This document shows, in pieces, positions 1-14,261 of a stretch of DNA of 64,000 nt. The translations under genes were made by a program, and so were the position numbers. The first letter of the stretch is position 1, and each line of letters starts with the position of its first letter. The stretch spans positions 6,696,001-6,760,000 of the forward strand of contig CP075496.1 of the NCBI GenBank assembly GCA_021613535.1, written 5' to 3'. Origin of the DNA: Adineta vaga. Lineage: Eukaryota; Animalia; Rotifera. The notes under the pieces are model-generated. The model was not told where the DNA came from and ran no database searches. It saw only the letters and a list, made by a program, of their open reading frames with translations.

Positions 1-2930
1 ACGATGAAAAGAAAATATATCCTATATAAAACTTTATTATAATTGCAATAGTCATATACCAATTGAAAGTATCTAATGTACGTCTTTATCATGCTGGTTT
101 ATATTAATTGCCTTATTCTTTTTAGTTCTAGATTTATCAATGTAAACTTCGAGTTTTCTTTTCAAAAACTATATAATATACTTAATTGTAAGATAATTTA
201 AACTAGAGTATTAATAACTCGAGATAGAAGAAGAGGCGATTCGTACTCTATTTGAAACCTTGCTTTTCTATTCCAATAAAATATGTACTGTCACTATTTC
301 GTTTTACTTTTCTTTTCCTTGCTCGTTGCACTTTACTTCTTTTTTCTAACCTACCGTATAGCATCAAATTACAAGCATACATTCATGCTAGAGGTGACTA
401 TGCCCTTCACTAGAATGCATACTGCTAATCCTTTTTTATCAACATTTTTTTATTAGAATATACAATAAGAGCAAAAGTGAAGAAAAAAAATATTCTAGTT
501 TTCTTTTTTTAGTTTACTAACAGATTGTCGTATGTGTTCGATAGAAAAAAGCTTTTATCTTATCTATAGATCTTACTTAAAATATTCTTTAATTTAGATA
601 AAGATTTCGGTATCATTCTATCTTGAAGGCTAAATATGCATCAGATTTCTGCAAGGCAACATTGTTTATTTAATTAATAAAATGATTTCATTTCAATGAC
701 TACATATAACTCATGAGAGATTTATATAAAAAAAAATGAAATTCTGTTTTTATTATACCCTCTATCTATACTAACGTGTAAAGAATCTCGTTGAAATTAG
801 AATATCGAAAAAGAGATGACTAAATTTTGATTAGTAGACAATGAATGAGGAAGAACCTTTTCAGTTAATGAAAATTTTCCATTAAATATATGAAAATATC
901 TATAAGATTAAACGGAATCTTTTTGTTAAAAGATATGATTTTTTTATCCAATGTCAAGAAAACCGTCTTTTCTTACTTTAAAGCGATTTTCTGACAATTC
1001 TATGAAGGCGTTTTGATGAGCATCATCATTACCAAATAGAAAAATGCAATCTTTTCCTAAGAAACAAAAAACGAGCACTTTGCTCTACTCGAATCAGCAG
1101 TCTGTCATGATATTTAAAAGGAAAAAAAACATTTTTATCTATTTTCCTACTTTCTCACTTGACAAAATATTTTATGTAAATTACTTTCCAAGAGAAAATG
1201 CATCCTATTTTGTTCTGATACATTAGATTTTCAAGTTTCACTTATTACAATCGTAAATGTACATGTTTCTTTTCTCGTGTATGAAAGAAAGAAACTCACC
1301 AATTATAAATCGTCAATCATACTAGAATTAACCATAGAAAAAGTTCTTTTCCCACTCAATTCAAGCAACAGTATATCTCATTTCTAGTTACTAATTTTCA
1401 AACTATAGTCTAATCGAACGCTTTCTATTAGTGTTTAACATTACTATGGTTTTAAATTAACTAAATCAAAGACAAGAAATATTTCATATTTCGCGAACTC
1501 TTTCATTAGAGGGTTTTCATACGTAATCATAAGTCAAACTTACTTGTTCGATTATTCATTATCTTGTTCTTAATCAGAGACTGTGCCCCAGAATGGAATG
1601 ACGCTAAGGATGAATATATGAATCCATTTATATACGCATCACGTGGGATTATATTTGAAGTATTGAAATGTAACGATAAAATTACTGTCTAACAATGCAT
1701 CGAAAAACTTTCTGACCTTAACCTCAAAATGTTTCAAAAATACAAATACAAATACTCTACTTTTCATATTTATTTTGTACCTGTGATTTCTATTTTGAAT
1801 AGAAATATGAGATATATTCTAGTATAGATTTCATCAATTTTGACATACAACTATCTATTATTGTTCTTTTTTTTCTCAAAGTTCATCGTTGCGTACCTGA
1901 AAAGTCAAATCTATTTTTTTAACAACACACTATTCTTATCATATACAAACAAAACCTTGACTTTTGGTAATCTAACACATACAAGTCTTTCAAATAATGC
2001 TATATGAAATATAAAAATTGTTTATGAAGCGTTTTTCTAGAATAGAAAAACATTTCAACGAAAGATGAAAATCTTTAAATTGGGTCAGTATCTTTTTAAA
2101 CTTATATAGAATCACCTTGAAATCATAAAAGACTTTCGTTACATAACTCTACTAATATGATTTAGCTAGAATTACAACTGATTTAAATTCACATAGCAAT
2201 TAATTATATGTTTTTAAGAAGGTTCCTATGTTTCGTAGCAAAAACTTAACTAAAAGACCTTTTCAGTCCATTGATTTCCATATGAGTTTGTCCTAAGATT
2301 TTTATGACTTATATAATCTATTCGATCTTTCTATTGCCATTGACCTTATTCGTCTAATATAAAAGTTAATGATTAAAAAACTCTCTATGAATGTCATGGT
2401 TATATTATACATAAGAAATTTTAATAGTAATTGATTCATTGTATCGCTTGTCTACTATTGTCTTGATGAAAAAAGAAACTAGTTTTAAATAATTACCATT
2501 CAGTCAAAATGTTTAATATATGAAATTCTTCGAAACAAAAAACATCATACTTTGATATATTTTACTTAGAAAACAGAAATCTTTGACAAAGAATGTATTT
2601 TATGCATGAATTATATCATTAACTATGATATTTAATCAAGATTTTTGTACTTTCGTCATCTGCCTATCTTTCCGATAAGTTATATTATAAATGATGTTAC
2701 TATGAAATAATCGGTATGTAGTAATTGAGATGACGTATGAATCGGCAATACATTTCTTCTTTTATATTTTGGTCTTATTTGCCCAAAAGAGAGAACGAAA
2801 AAAACGAAGAGGCAAAAAAAGGGGGTCCATATTTGTCTCTGTACGATCATAAGTGTATCGTTCACGCGTGACAGATTCAGTACTTTTTTTTGTATTGGTT
2901 ACATAGAGCAAAAGTATTTTTGTACAAAAT

Positions 2931-3506
2931 ATGACAACTGAAGATATTGATACAACTAGTGTAGATGAATTTGATCCTTATCGAGCGACTGGTCTTTGGC
3001 ATATCTTAGCAACAAATTTGAATATGTGGAAAGATAAATTAACTCCAACAGTTACTTATAGTATTCATGATCAATTACCCGATGGAAGTGTTCGTCTGAA
3101 TGATCTCGTTGAATATTACAGTAAAAGACCTTGTGTTGGTTATCGTCCCACAAGTGTGGAAGGTATCGATACACAATTACCAAGTAAAGCGAGTCGTTAT
3201 CAATGGCGAGGTAATGGTATCTATAAAATCTTTACATGTGATTTCGGTTTCATATTTGCGGATAATCAAACAGCATCGGATCGACCTTATCAATGGGTTG
3301 CAGCAATATTTAGTTCGACATTATTTTCTAGTGGAGGAATCAATCTAATGACACGTACGCGACAACCACCGACCTATGTCTTAAATGATTTTGTACGATT
3401 TTGTCGTGACAATCCTATATTAAAAGCGAAATCATTGAATATGTTTTATACACGAGAAAAAGCTGACGATGAAGTTTACTATATTCGAGATCTTCAAATA
3501 GATTAA
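2931..3506 (+). CDS. Intronless 191-aa protein, putative calycin/lipocalin-like beta-barrel family resembling fungal/bacterial hypothetical proteins
   Basis: Clean single-exon ORF. Motifs GLWHILATNLNMWK, DLVEY, VEGIDT, YQWRGNG and FSSTLFSSGGINLMTR follow the W..RG.G / F..TLF.PAG.D pattern I recall from microbial proteins. Family call is recall, not a search result. Confidence 0.7.
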   Translation: MTTEDIDTTSVDEFDPYRATGLWHILATNLNMWKDKLTPTVTYSIHDQLPDGSVRLNDLVEYYSKRPCVGYRPTSVEGIDTQLPSKASRYQWRGNGIYKIFTCDFGFIFADNQTASDRPYQWVAAIFSSTLFSSGGINLMTRTRQPPTYVLNDFVRFCRDNPILKAKSLNMFYTREKADDEVYYIRDLQID

Positions 3507-5976
3507 TGAAGAAAAGAAAAGGATCTATTTTCCTTATTTGTAATTTTGTTTTTGTTTTTATAATCTGTAAAAAACGATGGATTGATCGTTTTGTTTTTGA
3601 TCAAATCTAACGAATGTTATTTCTTTTCTACTTTCATAAGTATAAATACATCTATGCATAGTTTCTCCCAATCATATAATCCCATTTCTCCATGAATAAT
3701 CAAATTAGGCGTCAAAAAAAGAAAAACTAACTAACAGGTAAAAATGACTCAGAAATCTGACAGAAAACAACTTGTCATTTGTAAAATAGATATTAGTTAT
3801 GATGATTTTTTTTCTAAACAATATCTTATTAATACTCATCATGGTCATTGAATATCGAAAGTACGCAAATCAAGCAACGAACTTTGAATTATATATGTAT
3901 ATACAGTGAATAAGAATGAAACTCTTTTTGAACAAATGTTCATTAGTTCTGCTAATTATCTCTATGAAATCGTTTTACATACTCGAATAATTTTCAATAA
4001 ATCTTTCGATAACCTATATCAACTATCTCACTCAACATGATCTATATCAATTTTTTTAACAGTTTATCGAAAAGTGAATGACTTAATTAAAGCAATAAAC
4101 TGTACATTTCACTTATTTATGTAGAAGAAAATACAATATTCATGTAAATATAACATAAATTGTGTTTTCGAAGAAATCTTCGTAAGAAAAATGAATCCAA
4201 ATACATAAATCATTTCAACAAACCTGGATACGAATTTTGATAGCCAATAAATGATTATCAATATCGAGTTAAATATCTGAAGAACAAATGTTAGAAATAT
4301 TTCTATTTCTATATAGAATAGAATATTTTCAACAAAAAGAGGAAAAAGCCACCTCCATTTTTACCAACAATCTGTTAATAGAAAAAATATACGCAAGTCG
4401 GAAAAAATGATTGTATGTTTTATACTAAATAATTATACAGATGCCGAACATTTCAAAGTCATGTTAACAGATTTTAAAATAAATCTGTTCGATTAACAAA
4501 ATCATATCTTTTATTTTGATAACATAAATGTATTTTCTTAGTCGTTATCTCAAGGATAAAATGAACAGTTAATTATAATTAACCTAATGTACGCTTTCAT
4601 ATTATTCTTTTCTTTTTGTGTTACACAAAATCATGAAGTTAAAAAAACATGCGTCAGCATGATTCTATTGACGCATTCTTTAATATAGAAAAAAAAAAGA
4701 TGAACTAAAAAAACTTCTGAGTAAACATATATCGAAAACTCTCTTCAACTGAATTTACCTGAATGTTCGAATCAGTTTTTTCTTTTTTTCGAAATCTATT
4801 CATCCGAATTTACTTACTTTGTTATATGTTTTAGTGAAAGACATATTTATATCGTTATCTTCGATGAATGGGTTTTTTCTCCTTTTTTCATTCTCTCACA
4901 TTTATAAATCGTAATTATGACTCAAAATGACATTGAATTCATATATTTTTGATAAAAACTTATCAATGTTATGTAAAGAATCTTTTTTTCTCCTGTGCAC
5001 GTACTGATCCCTAAAGAATGTACTGAAAAATATCAACGAAAAGCAGACCAATAGATATAATGAAGTGTAGAACTTAAATTTATCGATTGATATATGATAT
5101 GTATGTTGAAATACCATTGAAACCAATGTATAACAATGTACGTGATAAACAATAGATTCTTTTCGCCGATGTTATTTGATTTTATAATCAGAAATAAAAT
5201 ATTTGTACCGAATAAGAATACCAAAAAGATCATTGTATATTTTTATTGTAACACAAAATTGACTGGAACTTAGTAAAGCTTATGAAGTAAAACAACACAA
5301 GTCTGAATGACATAATTGATTGAAATAAAAGGATTTATTATTTATAAGAATAGATATGTGTCAATCCCAAAAGATTTGACTTCTTTCCGATGATAATTAT
5401 TAGTTAAAATGTTCAAGGGGTTAAGAACTAAGGATTTTTATTATTTGAAGTCTTTGCAAAAGGATATACTCCCGATGATAGATATCTTTTCCTGCTTTCA
5501 TCTAATTTATCACATTTTAATCATTTTCTTTGATTATCAGTTTAATCATCATGCAAGAAAATATGATTTCTTCTTCCTCTCTCATGCTATTTTCTAAGTC
5601 ATTTGTTTCTTCTGATTCTCCGCACATATACTCTTTTATTCGTATTTCTCTCATTTTACAACAACTTCATAAAATCGTTATTTTGAATTTGAAACCATAT
5701 ATAGTAAGATTCTCTCTGTCTTTCTATAATTATCTCGTAAAGGTTTCTTTTATAGTTGTTTTTTCCTTCTTTCATTCATTCCTTCATGATTTGAATAGAA
5801 CGTAACATGTCGTATTTTGTTTTTCTTCTATTGCACACATCTGACATCTGAGTGTGTATATCAGTAGATAGTAGTTTCAATGGTGAAAAAGATTGACGAC
5901 TCATTATTAAGCTTACTCAAATCAATTGAAATATTATTTAGATAGTTATCTTAACTTCGATTTAGAAAGAAAGTAG

Positions 5977-7041
5977 ATGACGAACAATAAACGTTCATTT
6001 CAAATTCAAGCAGTTAATCGTCGTTTCATACCATTTGATTCAGGTTAGTTGAATGAATCATTTTTCCGTTGAACAATTTTTATATTTCTATAATAGAGAA
6101 AGAAAAGGAATGGAAAGGGCCATTCTTTTTTGTACAAGGAGCCGATTGTCAGCCAGGTTTAACATATCGATGGTCAGGTACAACTAGAGTAGAATGTAGT
6201 CCAGACATGTCTATGAAGTAATTTGATATTTTTGGATTATTTTAAAGTTGAATTTTATAATCTTTAGTTGGGATGTAGAAATTGAAGCGACGCGTGCAGT
6301 TATCAAAAAGTTGAATCAAATGGAACCTAAACCAAAATTTTTTATTGTTTGCGGTGATATTGTTGATGCATTTGATTGTAAGAAATTCAAGAAAACATAA
6401 CTATGTTCTCTTTTTCTTCAATTCTAGTTGAAGAACCTTTTCGAACACGTCAAGAAAATGATATTAAAGAAGTTTTAAATGAATTAGATCCTTCCATACC
6501 ATTAGTATGTGTCTGTGGAAATCATGATGTTGGTGATCAACCAACACATTCTAGTATTCAACGTTATATTGATCATTTTGGTGATGATTATTTTGATTTC
6601 TATTGTTCCGGCGTGCATTGTATCGTATTAAATTCACAATTTTATGCTCATTCAACGAATGTTGAAGATTTAAAAGCTCAACATGAACAATGGCTTGATC
6701 AAGTTCTAAAAGATCAACAAGCGAAACATACAATTATCTTTCAACATATACCATGGTTTTTAAAAACTTATGATGAAGAGAAAGATTATTTTAATATTGA
6801 AATCAATACACGATTACAAATGTTAGAAAAATTTCATTCAGCTGGTGTAAAGAAGATTTTTTGCGGACATTATCATCGAAATACTGGAGGATCGTATAAA
6901 TCTATGGAACAAATTGTAACCAGTGCAATTGGTCTTCAATTAGGTAAAGATAAAAGTGGTGTTCGACTAGTACGTGTTACAGAAAATGACATTGAACATC
7001 AATATTTTTCAACAGAAGATATTCCTTCAAATTTTATGTGA
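5977..7041 (+). CDS. CPPED1: Calcineurin-like metallophosphoesterase CPPED1 (4 exons)
   Basis: Exons ~5977-6043, 6097-6218, 6268-6377, 6428-7041 with GT-AG introns. Motifs EKEWKGPFFFVQGAD, PKPKFFIVCGD, GNHDVG, FQHIPWF, GHYHRN and SAIGLQLG match CPPED1. Confidence 0.93.
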
Positions 7042-7388
7042 AATTTATTTACTTATTATCGATAAAAATAATTTTTTTTTAATTCGAGATTTTCATACGA
7101 ATAACGAAACAAATAAAATATAATCGTTAAACTTTCCATTAAGATTCTTTTTTCAACATGATAATCCTTATATAACATGCGATAAATTCAATCACTAGTC
7201 ATTTAACTCATATATTTGTTCAATCGTTTATTTAACGTTTACAAAAAAGAGAATATAAGATAATTATGACTTTTTCATTCGTATAATTTTCACAATGTAA
7301 AGGAAGAAAAGACAATGTTGAGAATTATTAATAAAATAATAAAGCTAGATTATGAATAACATGACTACATATTGTATATAATTGAATA

Positions 7389-10300
7389 TTATTCATCACA
7401 AGTATGACTACGACTTTCTTTTCGATGTAATGCATCACATTCGAGTTTCTAAATAAATAAAAACTAATGAAAAAAACTTCTCTGTGAGGTTTGTTTTAAA
7501 CATACTTGAAGTGCTTCACGACGACGATATTCCATTTTCGATTTTTGAACTCGGACCCAATAAGGTACACTCTCAACACTAGATCGAATGATTTGACAAA
7601 GTAGAATTAATAAATGCTAAACAAACAAATCGATTAAATCTTATCGATATCAAATAGAAAAGAAACTTACTTCAATACAGACTAGAATAAATATTTCAGC
7701 AGCAAATGGAAGATCAGGCATTAATCGACGAAAAACACCACGTATTGAACAGAATATACAATTAATAATAATCGCTGCCATAATCATATATTCCATAATT
7801 TTCTAAAAGAAATTCAATCTGCATTCAAACAAATCGAAAAGAAAAAACGCTATGAACATTACCTGCCAATGACCAATATCTTTGACTCGTTGTGAAAATG
7901 GTCGTTGATAGATCATACACAATTTAAATGCATCCGTTCGAATTTCAAGTATATTATTTAATAAGGAAAAAAAAGCTGCTAGAGGAAATAATGTTGAAAG
8001 AAATATAATATAACCAAATTGTACAACAATTTCTAAATAATCATCATATAAATCTGGCCATTTCAGTTGTGAACATTCGATTTCAGCTTGAGATAATGAA
8101 AGAGTTTCAAATGATGGTGTTGAACCACGACGATTGAGAGTATTATCTGTCAATGTATCATCAATAGATTTTGTTGTATATGGATGACTTTCAGTTTGTT
8201 GCTTAACATGTTGTGATTTTGAATTATACCATTCATCAAGAATACGTTTTAATTCTTTATTAAGTTCTTTTCGTTCAGCATAGCGAGCACGTTCTTTCTT
8301 ACTCATTTGAATTAATACAGATAAACGAGTATTCGATATAATATATGGAATAATAGCTTCCTGGTAAAGGAAAGAAATCATTTTTGTTTTCGATGAAATT
8401 TCATTTATTCATCGTTTTCTTACTTTAATATTTCCCCAAAATTGCTTCATAACAAAAATCGTAACCAATTGCTAAAATAAATTCCAAATAATATCTTCAA
8501 TCAATTACATTTCCTTTTTTTTCATACTTACATGAGATAATCGAATATATTTATGTGTAAAAAATGCGATGTAAAACACACTAAAGTACGAATTAACACA
8601 TGAACACTAAACAACAATAAATATTAGTAGACAATCAATCAAATTCATCTCAAGAAGAAAAGGACATTACAGCAAATAATTTCGCAATCATTTGATCATC
8701 ATGTACACGTTGTTCTCGATAATTTTCTATTAAATACAATAAAATGATAATGAAATGAAAATACAATTGAATTTTCTATTACCTCGATCGGTTAACCATC
8801 GACAAATACGTTTGTAAACATCACTAAATGCTGTTGTTACTAATGCTAGTAATATCTTTGGTAATAAATCAGTTAATGACATGAGATCTATTTCGGAAAA
8901 ACCTTAAACATAGATGATTATCTTTGAAATATACGTTTATTCTTACGTGGTAAACGACCAGCTTTGAGTTGTCGATCAATCCAACTTTGAAAACGAATGA
9001 TTAAAAGAATGACACATGAAACAAGAAGAATATTGATACAGATCATTGGTATAGTTACAAATAAACGAAATAATAGACGTTTCCATGTTGGATAGTATGG
9101 TTCAAATTTATCTGTTATTGGTGAACGACGTAATTGACCTTTAAATGTTGGTCGTATATCTTCGAGTTGTTCCATATCAAGTGTATTCCATTGATAAGCT
9201 AATTCAGCTTGCCGTCGACGCCACAATAGAAGAAATCCGGTTGCCCAAATAATGTTTAGAAAAGTATTGATGATGAAAAGTTTATCATCGAGTTCCTAGA
9301 ATGAAATTTCATTCCTATTCATCTTGGCGCGTTGAACTAATTCCGTTTATTTGAAAGAAAAAGAAAACTTATGAAAATCAATCAAACGATATTAAATATA
9401 CATCCTTGGTCAATCAATGATTATCAATATCTTGATTTTATTCAAAATCAAACTCAGCTATGTCCAGTAAAATCTAAATGGATTCATTTTGAAGATTTTC
9501 TATTTATTTCTATTGGTTTATTAATAAATCTTCTAATTACTATTCGAGTTCATTTAACAGAAATCCGTTTTCAAGATTATTATGCTTTATTTCGTTGTCA
9601 TATAATGCATATTTCTATTATGTTTCTACTACTTTCGTCACTTCTATTCAATTTGAATTCGAACGAAACTACATGTCGATATGAACAGATTCTTATTCAA
9701 TATTTTTCTACATTACTTATAACAAATGTTTTCCTAATGAGTTTATTTCGAATGTTGAATAATTCTTTTACTAAAAGAACTCGTTTGATTTCATTTGTAT
9801 TTGTTATAATGTTAATTTTACAAACAATGTCAACAAGTGTATGGTTATTTCGTATTGATCATCATCATCATCGATTCAATTATCATCGTCAAACATGTTT
9901 TCATCAAATACAAATTAATTTTTGTCTTCATGCACAACAACCATTATTATTACCTACATTATCTCTTCCAATTGTTTTACTTTTCACAGCATTCAATGTT
10001 TATCGATTTACAAAACCATTTGCTATCGCACAATTATTAGAATCAATCATATCAACTATTGGACTTCTAATGAGTGGAAGTATGTGGTATATGAATCTAT
10101 TCTTTTCATCACATCCACAAATGCCCTATGGATATGTTGCTTATGTTTTCTTACTTACATATACATTACCAAGGTAAATTATTCTTTGAAATGAAAACGA
10201 GGTCTTATAGAACTCGGAGAATCGAATTATCAATATTTTCTGCTGATATAAGCATTAGGAAGTAGTATCTAAACGATTGAATTTTTATCGAAATCAAAAG

Positions 10301-12277
10301 TATAAAGCATAGTATCACTATTATATTGGCACTATATTTTCTAGAGTATGGATATCGGAACTTGAGCGTTCACGGATAACTGTCGAAGAAGTGAAACCAC
10401 TCTTACATGATGAAATAAAATTTCATAATGGAAATTGTATCATTCATTTTAATGATGATGAGAATGATGATGAAAGCGATACTCATTTTTCTCATCGACC
10501 TCATTTAACAATTCAATCACAGTGTGAATCGACAAACAATCATCATACTAAATCAATTATTCGTACAACCAATATGTCACCAGGTGAAATCTTTTCTTCA
10601 ATGCTCGATAAATATGATACAAAATCTGGTGGATGTCTATAAAGAAAATGTGACAAACCTGATTTCGACCAGAGAAAAACCAAATGATAATCCCATAAAA
10701 TGCTGGAATACAAAGTGCTTTTGTATAAAAACTAAAAACAAAATAGTTTGTAGAAAGTTCATCACCAGACATCATTATTAATTTGAAAGAATGTACCTTA
10801 TCCAACAAAAATAGAGAGCAATTTTTACACCAAAATATTGTCGAATTTCTTCTAGACATATCGACAAGAATTTTAATGAGATAGAAGAAGAATATCAGAT
10901 GTTATTTACCAATTGGTTGACGTTTGAAAAATGCTTGAGGCCACACCCATGTTTCACGAAGATGATTTAATGTTTCTTTATTATGCAATGGAAGAACTTG
11001 ACGAATAAGTTGTTTTTCTAAACCACGTTGTACTATTGAGAGAAAATTTTCATTTCAAGAAAAATACATTCGAGAAAATTACTTAATGATTGATCGATTC
11101 TAAATTTTATTCCAAGAATTTCTTTATTTTCAATGATTCTTATTGAATAGAGAAGATGTCGAACAATCGATTGTCGTTCTTGTGAAGTGAAAAATTCTTG
11201 TTCATGTTCAACACCTGAATCAAAAGGCGAAGAAATATATTTTATTCAATGATCATCAAAACTGTATTTTACCTTCATAGAAGTCTAGTTCATCGAATAT
11301 AAATACTTTATATCCACCACCGAATCCTTGTTTAATCGGTTTTTCTAATTGAATGTCATGTGCACCTTTAAGAAGTCTTTAAAAAACAAAATTTTAGATT
11401 GAGAAAGATTTAAATGATTATTTATGTTCTCATCAGTCTGATATCAACCATTTAAAATGATTTTGTTGTCCAATCACGCCACATGTGTAGTGTGAGGACA
11501 AAACAATTGTTCTATTTTTCATAAATAATATAAATAAACTAGATCAAAATATTTCAATGACCTATTTTATAGTAATTTCCTGCTCAATTATACTCTAATC
11601 AATGTTTATAAAAGTTCTATTGAATTATCCAGAATATGACTATAAGTGCAAATCTTTAATGCTGAATAGTTCAGAAAAATTAGACGCTTGATTGTGTTTC
11701 TTTTTCTAAGCATTAGAAAACTATGTACTATGTGACTTTACATATTTTCTGAAATTTGACCCACTAAGCTTACTCTTCTCATATCTATACATCTCAAATC
11801 GTTAAATTGACCTTTTTTCGAGGCACTAAGATGACACTGATTCGTAAATAAATATTCACCTTTCGTAAGTAAATGTTAGATAAAATCCATAAACACCTAT
11901 TTCAACAAGAAAAAAAAGAAAGAAAAAAACATTTTATCTTATTTTTCAAAACTATGAAAAATAAAACAAAATCTCTTCACCAGTTGTAAAATGATATTTA
12001 ATTGTTATACGAATATCTGGAGCAAGTTGAAGTATTTGTTCTAAAAACCATATAATTGCAAAATCATCCACTCGAGCTGGAAATGTTAATAAAACGTCAC
12101 ATTCATAATTTGTATGAGCATTAAACCATAAACGATTACTAATAGCGGATGAAAGATTATTCAATCTTCGACGGAATAATGAATTCACTAAAAATAAAAA
12201 CTCAATGAAATTCATATCTCGAGGTAGAGAAGATATTTTCATCTACCATTTATAAGATTCGTTTTCTCCTCGGTCAT
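7389..12277 (-). CDS. ANO8: Anoctamin/TMEM16 family, ANO8-like (multi-exon)
   Basis: Spliced exons give CDVLLTFP, LLKGAHDIQLEKPIKQGFGGG, FFTSQERQSIV, IRQYFGVKIALYFCW, WRRRQAELAYQW, YYPTWKRLLF, DDYLEIVVQFGY, NNILEIRTDAFKL and QRPFSQRVKDIGHWQ. The N-terminal motifs are ANO8-type. Start ATG 12277, stop 7389-7391. Confidence 0.88.
9371..10642 (+). CDS. Nested antisense 7TM protein, class C GPCR-like transmembrane domain without a large ectodomain (GPRC5/BOSS-like), ~366 aa
   Basis: Exon 9371-10173 (ag|gtaaat) and exon 10345-10642 (ttctag|a) join in frame as YTLPR-VWISELERS. About seven hydrophobic segments, Cys at the top of TM3 (TTCRYEQ), ILQ..VWL in TM4. Lies wholly inside ANO8 intron 9296-10658. 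Confidence 0.75.
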
Positions 12278-12629
12278 TATATTTATCTAAAGAGAATGAG
12301 ATTTTCTGTTTGATTTCTTTCTGATTCGTATTTTTTGTTTGTAATTAATATACATAATTCTATGAAAACACTACGTATAGACGAGAAAAAAAACAAATGG
12401 TTTGTTCAAAAGAGAAGAAAACAGATCATATGAGGAGAGAAAAGAAAAGTATCGCTCGGCTACCACCACCACCGGTTAACAGAAAAAAAGAAGAAGAGCA
12501 AAGTTGACAATTGGTTAAAATATCATCTGAATCTTGTATATAAAACATAATAATGACAAAAAATTTGATATAAACAAGTTTGTTTTTTTATTCGTTCAAT
12601 AGTTTTTTTTATTGATTTAAAAACATGTC

Positions 12630-14261
12630 TCATGTTTGATTGCCTTTAATTCCATCAACAAAATCTAATATGAGTTGTTGTAATTCATTTGCTTTCAATT
12701 CACTGATACGAATAACATCTTCATGAACAGCTTCAACAGTTGAATCATATTCTGATAAGCATTTATTCGTAATTAATGCCAAACCTAATATACGTAAACC
12801 GCAATGAGCACCCAATGTAACTTCATGTACAATTGACATGCCTATAAAGAGAGAGGAAATCGTTCTGAAGTGAAATTCTTTTAGATACGAAAGAAAATTT
12901 ATTCCAGTTTAGTGAAGAAGATGATAGATTTCCTTCCTTCATTTCCGTTCAGATTATATCAAATAGATTCTATTGCTGAATTCTCTTGAAAAAAAGCAAA
13001 ACAAACGTCTTTAATTTCTTACCAACTGCATCACATCCGAGCAACCTAAGTAAATTGATTTCAGCAATTGTTTCATAACATGGTCCACCTAGAATCAAAT
13101 TATGACGAGTAATTATGGTTGATTTTGTTTGTTGAAAGAAAAGAAAAGAAAACAGAGTTGATTCAATATACCTAATGCACAGTAAACACCTTCACGTAAT
13201 TCAAGATTATGTTTATTAGCAATTTGTTTCAACTGATTAGCATATTGACGATCATATGCATGGCCAACAGGTGGAAAACGTGGTCCTTTAAAAGAAAATT
13301 TTTATCGGATAAAAAATTTTGTTATTCAACGAAGTTAAATTTCTCCTACCAAATCTGAAAATAGATCAAAATGAGAATAAGTTTTCTTTTTTATTCATTA
13401 AATCTCTTTACCTTTCATCATTATGACCAATAAGTGGATTATTTCCAGCCATACTAGGAAAATTTATATGATCTTTAATTAACATGATATCACCAACTTT
13501 ATAAGATTTATTAACACCACCAGCAGCACTGAGATTTCAAATAAGATAAATAAATAAAATAAGAGAGTTTCAAAAAAAAATCCTACCATGTAACAATTAA
13601 TGTATGCGCTCCAAGCATCCGCATTACACGTACAGGAAAAGCACACTAAAATATCAGACAAAGAAAATAGTTAAACTTCTTCAGTAGAGTTACATTTCAT
13701 ATGGTAGTATCTTTAACCTTTTGAACTTTAAAGCTTTGCTAAGAACTGTAATGAAAATATTTACCGTTGCTGTAGTATATCCTTCATAAGGATGAAATCG
13801 ACCTTGCATACAAATAACATAAAGTCCATTTAGTATACCAAAAACAAGATTGCTTCGATGACCAACAACTGGAAGAAATTGAAAATGTTTGTTTTTGTTT
13901 CTTTGAAGAAAATTTTTCAATAAAGTTTACCTGTTGATCTTGGAAAATGTGGAATATCGGCGTATGGTATAACAATTTTGTTAACAATTAACTCCGCTAA
14001 ACCACCAAGACCAGAGCCACATATAATTGCTATCTCAGGTTTTGTTGGTACAATATTTTGGATGAATGCAACAATTTCTTGAACACGTTCATACGTATAA
14101 AAACTGAATAAAAAGAAAAAAAAAGTTTTATTCAATGTGATCATTCGTCTTTATTATAAATACCGATTAGTTAATGCATTTGGATGCTCACCAACCGATG
14201 CCCATGGACCATTTTCTGCGATCGGTGTTGATTCTATTTTGGATTCTGTATTATGCGACAT
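12630..14261 (-). CDS. PNP: Purine nucleoside phosphorylase (9 coding exons including a 5-nt micro-exon)
   Basis: Motifs [75 protein letters not shown] and ITNK across GT-AG exons. Confidence 0.95.
13350..13354 (-). other. PNP: 5-nt micro-exon (ATTTG) of PNP
   Basis: Minus strand reads tttcag|ATTTG|gtagga. It restores NDE-R-F-G-PRFP; the flanking exons are phase 2 and phase 1 and cannot join in frame without it. Confidence 0.88.

Noticed and set aside
1-2900. Short ORFs of 60-61 aa and AT-rich sequence
   Set aside because: Composition typical of random AT-rich ORFs (F/I/L/K-rich); no recognisable motif.
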